The position numbers and the translations under genes are program-made. This document shows positions 1 through 11,905 of a DNA stretch of 64,000 bases, one piece after another. This stretch comes from Octopus vulgaris. Its lineage: Eukaryota. The stretch spans positions 110,608,001-110,672,000 of the forward strand of contig OX597820.1 of NCBI GenBank assembly GCA_951406725.2. The letters are read 5' to 3'. Each line of letters begins with the position of its first letter. Position 1 is the stretch's first letter. Below the pieces are notes generated by a model, which ran no database searches, had not been told where the DNA came from, and worked only from the letters and a program-made list of their open reading frames with translations.

Positions 1-1200
1 AGTTGCTGTGTTGGCGCCTGGGGCCTTGCTACTATTGGTCTCATTGTGAGGTCTTCAGGTCTTTGTATTCTTATATAATGGTTCCTCTGTTCCTTTATGG
101 CTCTCAGTATTTCAGAGCTTTTATGAACTTTAGGTAATCCATAAAAGTTGCTTTCTTTGGTTCTTGAGTTGCATAAATAGTCTTTCTCCTTGTCTGTAAA
201 AGAGTCCTGGTATTCATCAACTAATGTTCCAATTTTTTTTAATGTTGCTTTCTCTGTTTGCATTTATGTGTGTTGAGAGGGAATTTGGAAATTGTCTCTA
301 TGTATGAGTCTAGGTGTTTGTCACTTCCCTTGTAAGGGGTGAAATGGGATTGTTTTCTTCTGATTGAGCTATCTTCTGTTTCCTTATTTTCAAAGAATTC
401 CATAAGGCAGAGGCAGCAGCTAAAGTTGTCTATATCAGTTTTTAGTTCTATGAGATTTGGAGTGGGTGTGGGTGTAAATTTGAGGCCTTTTAGTAGTAGG
501 TTCATTTCATTTTCGCTAAGTTCTCTTTTAGATAGGTTTAATATTTTGGCGTCTATGTGTTTTGAGCGTTCATTCGGAATTTTTGGTGTGTTGGGTCTGG
601 AGTATGGTTGAAGTATCCTTTCCCTAAAAAAGGGGTTGTGTTGTTGCGTCTCCAAATTCCATTTTCAGGTCTTGGATTTTCTTGTAGAGGTAGGAGTGGT
701 CTATATGGTCTGTATGGGTTGTTTTGTCTGTGGTAGTTGTTTTCTTCCCATCTTCTGTGTTTGTTGGGCCAATTTCCATTCCTGGGATTCAGGTTTCTTT
801 GTGGGTAGTTGAATGGTTCATATTGTTTTGATTGTTTTGATAGTGGAGGTTGTTTTCTATCCATCTTGCAAATTTGTTGGGTCGCTTGGGGTTGATGTTT
901 GTATGGTTTGGATTTCCTCAATGTTTGTTGTAGGTTATGTGTTGATTTATATCTACTTGTCTATTGCTCCATGTGTGTATCCATTTAGAATGTCCAGCGT
1001 TATGTGTTGGTGGTTGTTCATATTCTGTTTGTTCTCTCCAAGTGTTATAGGTTGTTGGTTGTATGAGTCGTGTTTGTCTTGCTGTCTTTGTGGGGTTTTG
1101 GGTCGATGGTCGTATTTCATATTGTGTGTGTCAGTTTATTAGGGGGTTTGGCAGTGTAAAGAGCGGGTTTTTGGTTTGTGAATAAAGATGACCAGCTGTA
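1..1200 (-). mobile_element. Penelope-like retroelement, degenerate 5' part (N-terminal region leading into RT)
   Basis: Minus-strand ORF 239-655 reads 'ILNLSKRELSENEMNLLLKGLKFTPTP'. Positions 1-240 read 'FYGLPKVHK...RPIV'. Both are typical of PLE ORFs. Frameshifted. Confidence 0.75.
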
Positions 1201-1371
1201 AAGATGTAAACGCATTTTTTCTTCTCTCTTCCTTCTTTCTTTCCTTCTCTTTTCCATTGACACTCCTTTCAGATACACAGACACATACCCTCTCTCACTC
1301 TCCCCATTTTTCACCCTCTTTTACTATCCTATATCTCTCCCCACCGCTACATCTGTGCATGATGCAGTTGA

Positions 1372-2379
1372 ACTAATCTGTGAAGTGTTTGGCCCTTGCA
1401 CTGCCTTGAAAAGTACTTGTGGTAATTGGTATCAGCGCATTGAATCTGTTAATTATTCCCTGGAAGATCAACCTCGAGGTGGGCGCCCAGAAGTGATTGA
1501 TGATGATGCATTGTTGTAAGTCACTGAAGCTGATCCAATGCAAACTGCACGTCAACTTGGCGATACAGTTTGGCGTCTCCCATGTCACAATCATCAACCA
1601 CCTGCATTGTCTCGGCAAGGTCAGCATGCTTGGAAAATGGGTGCCACATGAATTGACTGAAGTGAACAAACAAGCACGTGTCACTGCATGTCCAAAGTCT
1701 GCCATGGTGAAGCCGAAGACTTGATTGGTTGGAGTCAATAATCACTATGGATGAAAAGTGGGTACTGTACTCTAACGTGAGGTGCAGACGATCCAGATGC
1801 AGCAACGCTCAACAGCTAAAACCTTCGCCAAAAGGACCGCTTGTACAAAAGAAGGTTATGATCTCAGTTTGGTGGTATTGCCGTGATGTGATCATGTTGG
1901 ATCTTCTCCCACGCAATACCACCATTGACAAGATGGCTACTGCAAACAAATCGACAGTTGTGCTGGCCGAAAAACACTCAAATTTGAAGAAGATGATTTA
2001 CCACCAAGACAACGTGGCAGCACATCATGCAAAGAAGATGTCAGAGAAGCTGAAGGAGGCGGGCTGGGAGATTATGGTGCACTCACCATATTCTCCTGAC
2101 TTGCCCCTTCTGACTACCACTTATTCTCTTCCTTGTAACGCATGATTGGCGATACAGTGTTCGTAAACGAAGATGGGAAATCATTCTTTTACAACTTTAT
2201 TGATTCAAAGCCATGTGATTTCTGGATGAAAGAATTCAAAACTTTGCCTGAAAGATGACAAAAGGTGATCGATAACAAGGGTGATTACCGTTTGGATTGA
2301 TTGTTCTTTGTTGTTTTTTTTAATTGTTAATAAAGTTATTATGTTAAAAGTGTCGAAAAACTTTCCTACCAAACTGATA
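1372..2379 (+). mobile_element. Degenerate mariner (Tc1/mariner) transposon
   Basis: Mariner motifs WVPHELT, TMDEKWVLY, HQDN and HSPYSPDL are spread over frameshifted ORFs 1497-1724 and 1729-2145. The right end resembles a TIR followed by TA. Confidence 0.85.
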
Positions 2380-2380
2380 T

Positions 2381-4450
2381 ATCTTACATATTAAAAGGCA
2401 AGTTTAGTGTCTGTCTGTGTGTTGTGTGAACCACTTCTACTCTTAGAATTTTCAACCGAATTTCACCAAATTTGGTGTGTGCTCTCTTCCACTAAGGATG
2501 CTTTTTCTTGTAATTTTTTCCTTGAAATTCTGCACCCCCAACTTAAATAGACTACTCTCAATTTGCCTAGGATTTGGATTGAGCCAGCGAAAAAATGTGA
2601 CACACACCCAGCTGGAAAACATCAATAATGTACTTTGTCAGCTGTGGCGAGCTCTTATCGACTGCTTGCACAGTACTGCCAGTAGTATTCACTTGTGAGT
2701 TACGATTTGCCTGTTTTCACATGAGCGCTCTTTTTCATATAATTATTCCAACTTAAACTAGCCACTTCAAAGCTCTTACCCAAAATTAAAAATCCTTTGT
2801 TCAGTCTGTTTGATTAACATTTTTGCCAGCTACATTTTACTATTGAGATGGGAGGAATATGTGATCAACCGCAGAATATCATAGAAGGAACTTTGGGCTT
2901 GGGAACAAGCAAGAACATCCTTCCTGATCAAGTCTACCTTCGACGTTCTACCCTCACCGGCGAACTTAGTCCAGTGGAACATAAAAACAACCGATGAGTG
3001 TAGATGCAGAGAGAAAGCGACGGTTAGACATGTTCTGTCAAACTGCAGACTAGCACTAGAAAGGTACACATGGCATCATAATCAAGTCCTTGGCAGCATA
3101 AGCACAGCACTCAAGGAGAAGATCGAGAGGTACAATAGGGGAAAGTACCCAAAAGTGGAAAAGCTTAGGAAAGTATACTTCCAGAAGGAGGGAAAAGGAT
3201 ATAAAACCAGGCCTACAAATAAAATATACGAGATAGACAAAAGATAGAAGGGATACTGGGAGGTGGCCACGGATTTGGAAAGACAAGTAATATTTCCACT
3301 AATAAAAATGACAAAAAGACCAGATTTAGTCCTATGGAACAGGGAACGGAGAATAGGAATTTTGCTAGAACTGACAGTGCCATGGGAAGAGAACATCGGC
3401 AATGCAGAGGTACGAAAGGAGAAGAGGTACGAAAAACTAATCGAAGAGTGCAGAGAACAGGGATGAAATGTCGAGTATTACCACCTAGCAGTGGGGGCTA
3501 GGGGCTTCATTGAAAGAAAAATGACAACTCTATTCAAAAGAAGATTTGTTTTTTCTAGCTTGGAGCTGAGAAAACTAATAAGGAGAGTACAGGAGGCGGT
3601 CGAAAAAGCCAGCTTCTATATATGCTGAAGCGAGAAGACCAAAAATGGTTTGAAAGTCATAACATGCCAGCGGAAAATAACATCACTAGGTGAGGCAAGC
3701 TGACACTGAATTAGCTTCGCTGACTGACAGGTGACGGTTGTTTAGAGAATGCGTGGGCTAAGACTACGCGCCTTCATTGGTCAGTTAAAGTTGAGACAGT
3801 GTCACGTGACAACTTGCTGGGGCTGCCTGCTGGAGCCTAGCAGCAAGTATTTAAAGGGAAAAACTTTGACAAGTCAGTCAGTCGCCCGCTGACACTCGTT
3901 GACGCTACATTGAAGAGGCCAGGGAACAGAAGAAAGAAGAAGAAAGGAGACATGCACCCAACACCAGAGCTGAAGACACTTTTGAAAGGGGGTTGGTCCC
4001 ACTACGTCAAAACAGTAGAGGAGTAGGGGCCGAAACAGGATGTGGTTCCTCCTGATGATGTCTTGAGCTAACTGGATCCTATAAAGGAGCTGTTGTGGTA
4101 GCAGACCACGAAACACGGTTGGAATTCCCCCCCATTCACCGCGTTTTTCTTAGGACTTCTATTGTGTAAACTTATAATTTTCCACCATGCCTCGACGCAA
4201 AAGATCCAATATAGGTCGGCAAACAAATGCTGCAAAGAAAAGTAAACGTATGCGTGCAAATGAATCTGTCAAGGATGCTGCCAGGAGGAACTCCCTCAAT
4301 GAACTTAGGCTGGCTCAGCACAAAGAAGGGAAAATGAAGAGCAGCATTGTGATTGGTTAGCATGTATTGCTGTGCAACATTCAGAACGCCGAACAAAAAA
4401 TTCTTCCTCTACTGCTGCTCGAGCTTCAGAGACTGCAGATCGACTTACTT
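2381..4450 (+). mobile_element. Helitron-like remnant interrupted by a HERO-like LINE fragment
   Basis: Starts with a TC...(GTCT)n-type 5' end like those at 9893, 11906 and 47960. About 4187 onward reads MPRRKRSNIGRQTNAAKKSKRMRANES, resembling Helitron RepHel N-termini. Confidence 0.45.
2840..4133 (+). mobile_element. RLE-type (HERO-like) non-LTR retrotransposon, 3' fragment with 3' module
   Basis: Translates to KELWAWEQARTSFLIKSTFDVLPSPANL..CRCREKATVRHVLSNC (CCHC knuckle), RYTWHHNQVL, then RPDLVLW..ELTVPWEEN..RKEKRY (restriction-like endonuclease). Has frameshifts and stops. Confidence 0.85.
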
Positions 4451-5944
4451 AAGGGCTTTTGGTATAAGAGATTTCTGGTATAAGTAGTGGGAGCAGGAAT
4501 GGGTGGGCACATCGCAGACAAGCAATGGCCAGCTTCACCTCAGGAAATATCAGTAAGAAGAGACTAGTAAGGCAGGCAGAGAGGGAGAGAGAGAGACTTG
4601 AAAGACTTTATTGCTGGAGGGAATCATGGCAAGTATGAGAAAGACATAAGTTATAAAACAAGGCAAGAATGTTTATGAATTTTAGAGAGAGGGAGAGATC
4701 GCTGAGGAAATCATGGCAAAGTATGGGAACACATGGGTTATGAAACTGGGAGAGAATATTGCAAAGCATTTAAGGAATTACGAGTTTTGAAAGTTATTTA
4801 AAGAATTGAAGTAATACAAATTTTGAAGGTTATTTTAAATCAAAGCACACAAGTTAGATGAATGAATGATGAGCGATTGAAATTAGGGAAATTTCTTAGT
4901 TTAGCTGGTCATTTCACATGGTGATGAATATTTGTACATGCATAAACCATTAAGAATAAGATGGAACAATACTCTACAGCAATCTGCAAAAGAACTAGTT
5001 TAAAGCTACTGGCAAAACCAATTAGTTATTTTAACTTTGTAAAAATTAACAGCTTACATATGCTGATTAGCATTCAGTAATGACTATGTTATTGCTACAC
5101 ACATCATTAATTTAAAGTTATTGTTTTGTTATTTAGCTTCAGACTTATGATCGAAGGTGTAGCAGCAGTGACCATCTCATTATTTTGTATATTTTGGACT
5201 ACATGTATTCATCCATTTTTTTTAAGATGAAAGGGTGTGATTTTAAGAAATTTGGATATTTCTAGCAGATCAAATTTCTATATAGAGACTTCTTTATTAG
5301 CTCATTAAATGAGGCATAGGATTTGTAATGCTAAACTATATGAAAAATTGTGCAGATGTAATCTGAGAGACTGGCTGGGCAGGAAAAATACTTGTAATGG
5401 TATAGACAACTGATGTGTGTTGTGGGAGGATCCTGAATTCCCCCCATGTGACTGAAAGTGGACTAATGGATTTCAATAAACAAGAACTGTGTGAACTGTC
5501 AAGACAGTTGAGTGTTGGTTGGCCACATTGGTTACTGTGTTAGTGCAATGTGTGTTGGTTTAATATCGTACTTACGTTTGAGTAGTATGGAGTGCATTCT
5601 GTGTGAACATAATTCTGTGATTTTATTTGGATAGTGCTATTTTACACCTGATGGGTACAAACATGCAATAACAATGTGAATGGATGATGAGTTTGGGGTG
5701 AAAAAAATGTTGTACACTTTATCTGTAGAGGGTATTTGTGGAAGGAGACCAATATGACTGGAAAGTAGAAGTAGTGTTAGATGTGTGACTATACTGGGCT
5801 TTACAGAGGGAACAAGTAGTCACATACTGGACAGTATGGAAAAGACAATAAGTTGATGGTGATGTTGAGGACCACTAATACATAATGATAGTGAAATTAT
5901 TTATATTACGCACAAAACAAGCAAATAAAGAATTCTCCTCTTAC

Positions 5945-6066
5945 CTCCAGATTTATTTTGTCTCCTCAACTTCCTGTAATCGTTATACAAAGGCTCCAGA
6001 TATTTGAAGCAGTCTAAAGATGTTCCAACAAGTCTCATATACATTGCTCCTAGGGCACGCACATAT
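5945..6066 (-). CDS. PRPF38A: PRPF38A coding exon 3
   Basis: 122-nt exon with AG acceptor (6068-6067) and GT donor (5944-5943). Encodes (K)YVRALGAMYMRLVGTSLDCFKYLEPLYNDYRKLRRQNKSG, in phase with exon 2. Confidence 0.95.
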
Positions 6067-6413
6067 CTAAAGACAAAATAGCAAAGTAAAAGTGGTTCAA
6101 GTAGAGACAATTCATCATCAGACAATCTATAAAATAAATAAATTAATTAGTTCAATTAAAACCTTTAGAAGTGAGAAGGCTGAGACCGTGGAATATCAGT
6201 ATAAATGTAGAACCATTTTAAAATATATTTTTAGTTTTACTGACATACAGAATTCATTACATCATATACCCTATTATGTAAATCTCCTATAACAGTTTTT
6301 AATTTCACTCTTCAATACTTTTGAGGGTCAGTCTTGTCTTTCATCCTTCTGGAGTCAATAAGATTTAGTACAGTGCAAGAGTTTCAATCTACTGCAAAAC
6401 TGAACTTGCACTT

Positions 6414-6605
6414 CATCATCATCATCATTTAACATCCGCTTTCCATGCTAGCATGAGTTGGACGATTTGACTGAGGTCTGGCGAACCAGGCTCCAATTTG
6501 ATCTGGCAGAGTTTCTACAGCTGGATGCCCTTCCTAATGCCAACTACTCCGAGAGTATAGTAGGTGCTTTTACGTGCCACCAGCACGAGGGCCAGTTTGG
6601 TGGTA
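6414..6605 (-). mobile_element. RTE 3'-UTR-derived short element with (TGA)n tail
   Basis: catcatcat-ttaacatccgctttccatgctagcatg...ggatgcccttcctaa, the same as the 3' end of the RTE LINE at 56322-56560. Other copies at about 13525-13830, 16440-16630, 26960-27320, 48946-49200, 62391-62630 and 63841-64000. Confidence 0.8.
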
Positions 6606-8513
6606 CTAAATCCTTATAGAATTTATCATACAATCAACTGTACTCTTCTTTCTCTATAAATGCTTGGAACTGAGAGGAATCATCAAAGTTTCATATTTTA
6701 CTAAAGAAACATTAATGATAGAAGCAACAGAGTGTCATATTGAATTACTCTAGAATATTAGCACTATAGCATAGTTATGGTGGCAAGATAAATGCCAATG
6801 GTGTGGACTCAGTTCCTAGTTGAACTGTGTTATTTAATCTTCCAATGATTTCAGATCACGTTAAACGATGATGGTGATGTTTGGTGATGGCCTATGGAAA
6901 TTTTTGAGCATGTTTAATGGCCTTTTGTCCCTAACTGAATAAATGGTAAAATAGCCTTGAAATGAACAAGCTGGAACAATGATCTCTTGGTTCAAGCCTC
7001 CATTTACTTGACACCAATTTTGCATGCAAGCCAAGACTGGATGAGGGGTGTACTTGAGCCAGGATTTTACAGCCAGATAATCTTCCTGTCAAACTCTTTA
7101 CTTGGATTTCAAGTATGAGATTTATTTTTATTTCATAAATCTTTAAAAGCAAAAAGCAACTAGTTATAATGTCAACAAGAAATATAAACATTGTTCAGTT
7201 TCATTCAAGTAAATCCACGAGCTCTCAATTTTCAAGGAAGCATATACACATGTTCACACAGAATTAAATGTTTGCTTCTATGTCAAGTTATATATAAAAA
7301 CAACAAACTGAAGGATTATTCAATACCCTTAGTAGAGTACATATAAACTTTTACAAGGAAAAAGTTGGCAGTGACAGCCAAAACCCTCAACAATAACAAA
7401 ATTCCTACATCAAATTGAAATAAATCTCCTCATCATAACTTTCTATCAACTCACACCTTCTGCTACACCCACTTCCTACACAACTACTTCCCCTGTCTAC
7501 ATACACCACACTTAATTATCTTTCACATGGCTACCCCCACCCACAAAAAGATCCAACTTACTAAATAAGAATATATAAAACCAAAAAAGTACTCAAGTAA
7601 AGCAGTCTGATGAAAGCAGAAATGTTGATGTCATTGTCAACTTTTGGCTTCCTACAGTTTCCACTGACCAAATTCACTCAGAAAGCCAAGACTGAAACAG
7701 AAGACAAATGTCCAAGGTGCAGTACATGAAACTGAACTTGAAAGCATGTGGTTGCAAAGTGGACTTCTTAACCATACAACGATGTCTGCACCTATCACAG
7801 CCAGCCTGCATAACTTGGGTTATTATGTGTCTAAGTTTTGAAATATATGTTCTCTGGTTTTTAAATAATACCGTAATCTGGTTATTACCAGGTTCCATGT
7901 GTGTATGTACACACACACACATATATACATACATACACTTGAGGTGACATTGGACTCATAAACCTCTATTTTATACAGTATATACATGTACTTGGCATAC
8001 TGGATAAGATTGTTTTTATGCAATAAAAATTCCCAAATATACTCTATGGGTATTATACAATGACACTGTTAACCTATATTCTTTATGTAAGAAAATTTTT
8101 ATCTGAATTTATAATTCAGTGGTGGTGGCAGTAATAATAGTAGTTGTAGTGAAGGTATCCAAGTGTAGAAAAACATTTCCTCTAAGTTTAACAAGGGATG
8201 TAATATCATCAACAACATCATCTGCCAAGCTGGAGGGCTGTGCCAAGTTCCAGTGTCAGCTCTGACATAATTTCTGTGGCTGAACACCCTTCCAAATGCT
8301 AACCAGAATACAATGTGTGCTGGGTGCTTTTTTTTCGTACCATTGATATTAGTGTGGTTGCCAAGTAACTTGCAAAACAGAAAACGGGGAAAAAACAGAA
8401 AAGGAAAAAGCTCCTGCAACTAAAAAGGGAGATAGATTTGAGAGGGTAGTGGCTTTATGTCAGGTGTTGAAAAGCTAAAGTATGGTACAGCACAGATGTC
8501 TTGCTATATATAA

Positions 8514-8753
8514 TATATGGCAAAAAGAAAATGGAGGATATACAAAAATGACATACATCAGCCAGTAGACATTCTACTATGTCTATTTATTCCAATACAT
8601 AAAGGAGTAAAAGATCTGTGCAGCACACAGTCATTGCATGTGTATGTATTCTTATAATACTCCCTTTTGTTTTGGAATAAATAGACATAGCAGAATGTCT
8701 ATCAGCTGATGTATGTCATTTTTGCATCCTCTCCATTTTCTTTTTGCCATATA
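8514..8753. repeat. Diverged inverted repeat (arms about 95 bp, spacer about 50 bp)
   Basis: tatatggcaaaaagaaaatggag...ggagta is the imperfect reverse complement of tactccc...ctccattttctttttgccatata. Confidence 0.8.
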
Positions 8754-9892
8754 AATTAAGGGTAAACCACTTTTTACCCCTGCTCATAAATGACACTCGA
8801 TTGCGAAATTGTCACGCAATAACTAGCACTTGGGTATTAATAATTGGGCACACTACCAGCACTATAACTCTTACAGAAATAAATAAATAAATATATCTCT
8901 TATGATAAAAGGCAGATTTTCTCTGCCTGTTCCCATGTTTCTTTTTAATACAATTCTACAATATAGAATTTCTTCAATTGGAATTTACCTATGATTTTTC
9001 CAAATAGATTCGATTGGGTCATGGCATATCAAGTTTTTTCAATTTGACCCCCAATTAAGCAAAAATTTGAGAAAATTCAATATTTTACGATTTGCCTCTC
9101 ACATTTCAAGTGGTTTACTCCTGCTATTACCACCACACTTTCTCCTACTTTCTCTTTGCAAGTGTGAAACTATTAAAGTGAAAGTGTTCCCTTATTATGT
9201 GTGTGTGTGTGTATTAGCAATTCATATAAAATTGCATCAATGACTTGAACTTGAATAAGTGGTTTCACATAAATGGGGATAAATCAAAAAGGTTTGTTGT
9301 TATTATTATTACTGTTTGACTATTGTAATCACGTTTGTTGGTTCTGCGCCAGGGAAACGTGTTGCATTTGTTAAATAATTGTAAACCGTAACCCTCCCCC
9401 TTTCGGGGCTTTGGTTATTGTTTAAAAATTGAATTGTGTCCCTGTTTGGGAAAATTGACAATATCTTCACCGTCTTTACGGAAGCATTTTTGTTAAAATG
9501 CCTTCGATAGAAGAAAGTCCAAAAATGAATTTCGCTGCAGGGTGGACAAGATCCAACTGATCGAAATTGCAAGAGACGGGCCTACAATTCCAGTCTGTTA
9601 TATATTTTGAGTATTGTTATCACTAGCGATATCAAGATATAACTTTGTATTTTGTATTTTATGTGTAGATGTATATATATAGATGTACATGTAATATGTA
9701 CACATATATATACACATATATACATGCATAATATATCTAACCATACACACATACGCACACACACATACATAGGGGCAGGTGTGGCTGTGTGGTAACAAAC
9801 TACATTCCAAACACATGGTCCTGGGTTCATGTACATATATACATACATACGTGTGTGTGTGTATGTGTATTAATGTGTGTGTGTTATCTCTC

Positions 9893-10391
9893 TCTATATA
9901 AAGCTGAAGTTGTCTGTGTGCACCAGGTTTGGTAACCTTCAACTAACACTATCTCCTCCGAGACCCTGTGGCGCAAGTTGACCAAAATTGAGAGTATGAT
10001 AGAAGAGTTGCTTTTCCTTCCGTAGAAGATAAAATTCAAATCGGACCATGTTAACACCAAAAATTATTTACATCAAAAACGTGCTTTTTTCTATGAAAAT
10101 ACCTATTTTTTTACGATTTTTTCACTGCTGTGTCGCCACTTTTCGGTGTATTTCAACCAGAAAAATTTTCACTTGAAGAGAATAACAAGTTACATAATGC
10201 AAAATTTTTACTTTTCAAAAATTCCAATTCCAGCGGGTCGTAAAAATTTTGCATTATGTAGCTTGTTATTCTCTTCAAGTGAACATTTTTCTGGTTGAAA
10301 TACACCGAAAAGTGGCGACACAGCAGTGAAAAAATCGTAAAAAAATAAGGATTTTCATAGAAAAAAGCACGTTTTTGATGTAAATAATTTT
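9893..10391 (+). mobile_element. Helitron-like non-autonomous 5' segment ending in a fold-back inverted duplication
   Basis: tctatataaagctgaagttgtctgtgtg start. 10059-10211 is inverted at 10240-10391. Confidence 0.5.
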
Positions 10392-10562
10392 ATATTATAT
10401 TATTTTCATCAACAAGCTAAGTAACTTTTTTTATTTAACAATATTATTTAACTTTTGAATTGTATTAAGTTTGATTATTATTATTATTATTGTGATTATT
10501 ATTGTTGTTAACACATTAATCTATATATAATTTCTTGATAATTATTAGTTACGATATGTATA

Positions 10563-10965
10563 TCTTTCTCTCTTTTACTCTCTTTTACTTGTTTCAGTCA
10601 GTTGACTGCGGCCATGCTGGAGCACCGCCTTTAGTCGAGCAAATCGACCCCGGGACTTATTCTTTGTAAGCCCAGTACTTATTCTATCGGTCTCTTTTTG
10701 CCGAACTGCTAGGTGACGGGGACGTAAACACACCAGCATCGGTTGTCAAGCAATGCTAGGGGGACAAACACAGACACACAAACACATATATATACATATA
10801 TACGACAGGCTTCTTTCAGTTTCCGTCTACCAAATCCACTCACAAGGCATTGGTCGGCCCGGAGCTATAGCAGAAGACACTTGCCCAAGATGCCACGCAG
10901 TGGGACTGAACCCGGAACCATGTGGTTGGTTAGCAAGCTACTTACCACACAGCCACTCCTGCGCC
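10563..10965 (-). mobile_element. tRNA-derived SINE (family A) with CR1-group LINE-like 3' tail
   Basis: Minus strand: A box TGGCTGTGTGG, B box GGTTCAGTCCC, central (TA/TG)n, and tail GGCGGTGCTCCAGCATGGCCGCAGTC..TGACTGAAAC. Nearly the same as 22908-23297. Confidence 0.85.
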
Positions 10966-11905
10966 TATATCTATTTATTTATTATGTTTTTATGTGCCTA
11001 TATCTATTTATTTATTATGTTTTTATGATTATTATTAATTTTATAATGTGATTTTACAAATTACATATAATTTAATTTGAGAGTTAGTTTTGTAAGACAA
11101 TATATTAAGAGTTAGGTGGTCTATTTATTATGTAGTATCACGTTTAAGTAAATTAGTTTAATATTAATTGATATTTTGGTCAACTATATAATTGAGTAAG
11201 AAGTTAAATCTATATATACTACATATATATTTATAATATAGTTAGTTTATCTAATAAGTGTGTATATATTTAAACCATTTCCTATTATTAATTCTAATAT
11301 TTATAGCTTGTACTAACATTATGTATATTACTTAACATTAAGGTTTTTGGTATAAATTACTTAATGAGTATAAGATTTTATTTAGATGTTTATTAAATAA
11401 ATAAATAAATTAATAATTTAATTTAATGTACATAGATTAAATTATAGTATTTAGTTTTCAATTAATGTATATTTTGTATTTTATTTATATATATATATAT
11501 TTGTTTTAAATATTTTAATTGTATCTTATTTTTTTTTCTATTTTTTTATTTAAACAAGAATATATTTGTTAAGATATTTCGTATTTTACAAGATTATTTA
11601 TATATATTTATTAATTTATCTAATTAATTATTTTATTGTTTTTTTCTTTAACCTGAAGAGTGGCTATATTTATATTGAAGTGATTTTACTATTATTATTA
11701 CTATTATCATTTCTTAAATATAGCCATGAATCATGTGTCATTATTCTACCAAATATATACGTTTTATTTACTTTTTTTGTAAATTAATTAATCATTGTTA
11801 TATGTTTTATCTTATATTTAATCTTTCTATATGTAATTTTTCTAAATGGTATAATTTAATTTTTCATTATTGAATTGATAAAAGGTGGGGTTTTTTCTAA
11901 TATTA

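Noticed and set aside
10970-11880. Extremely AT-rich stretch as an organellar insertion
   Set aside because: No mitochondrial gene, tRNA or rRNA similarity was recognisable. It looks like degenerate low-complexity or low-quality sequence.
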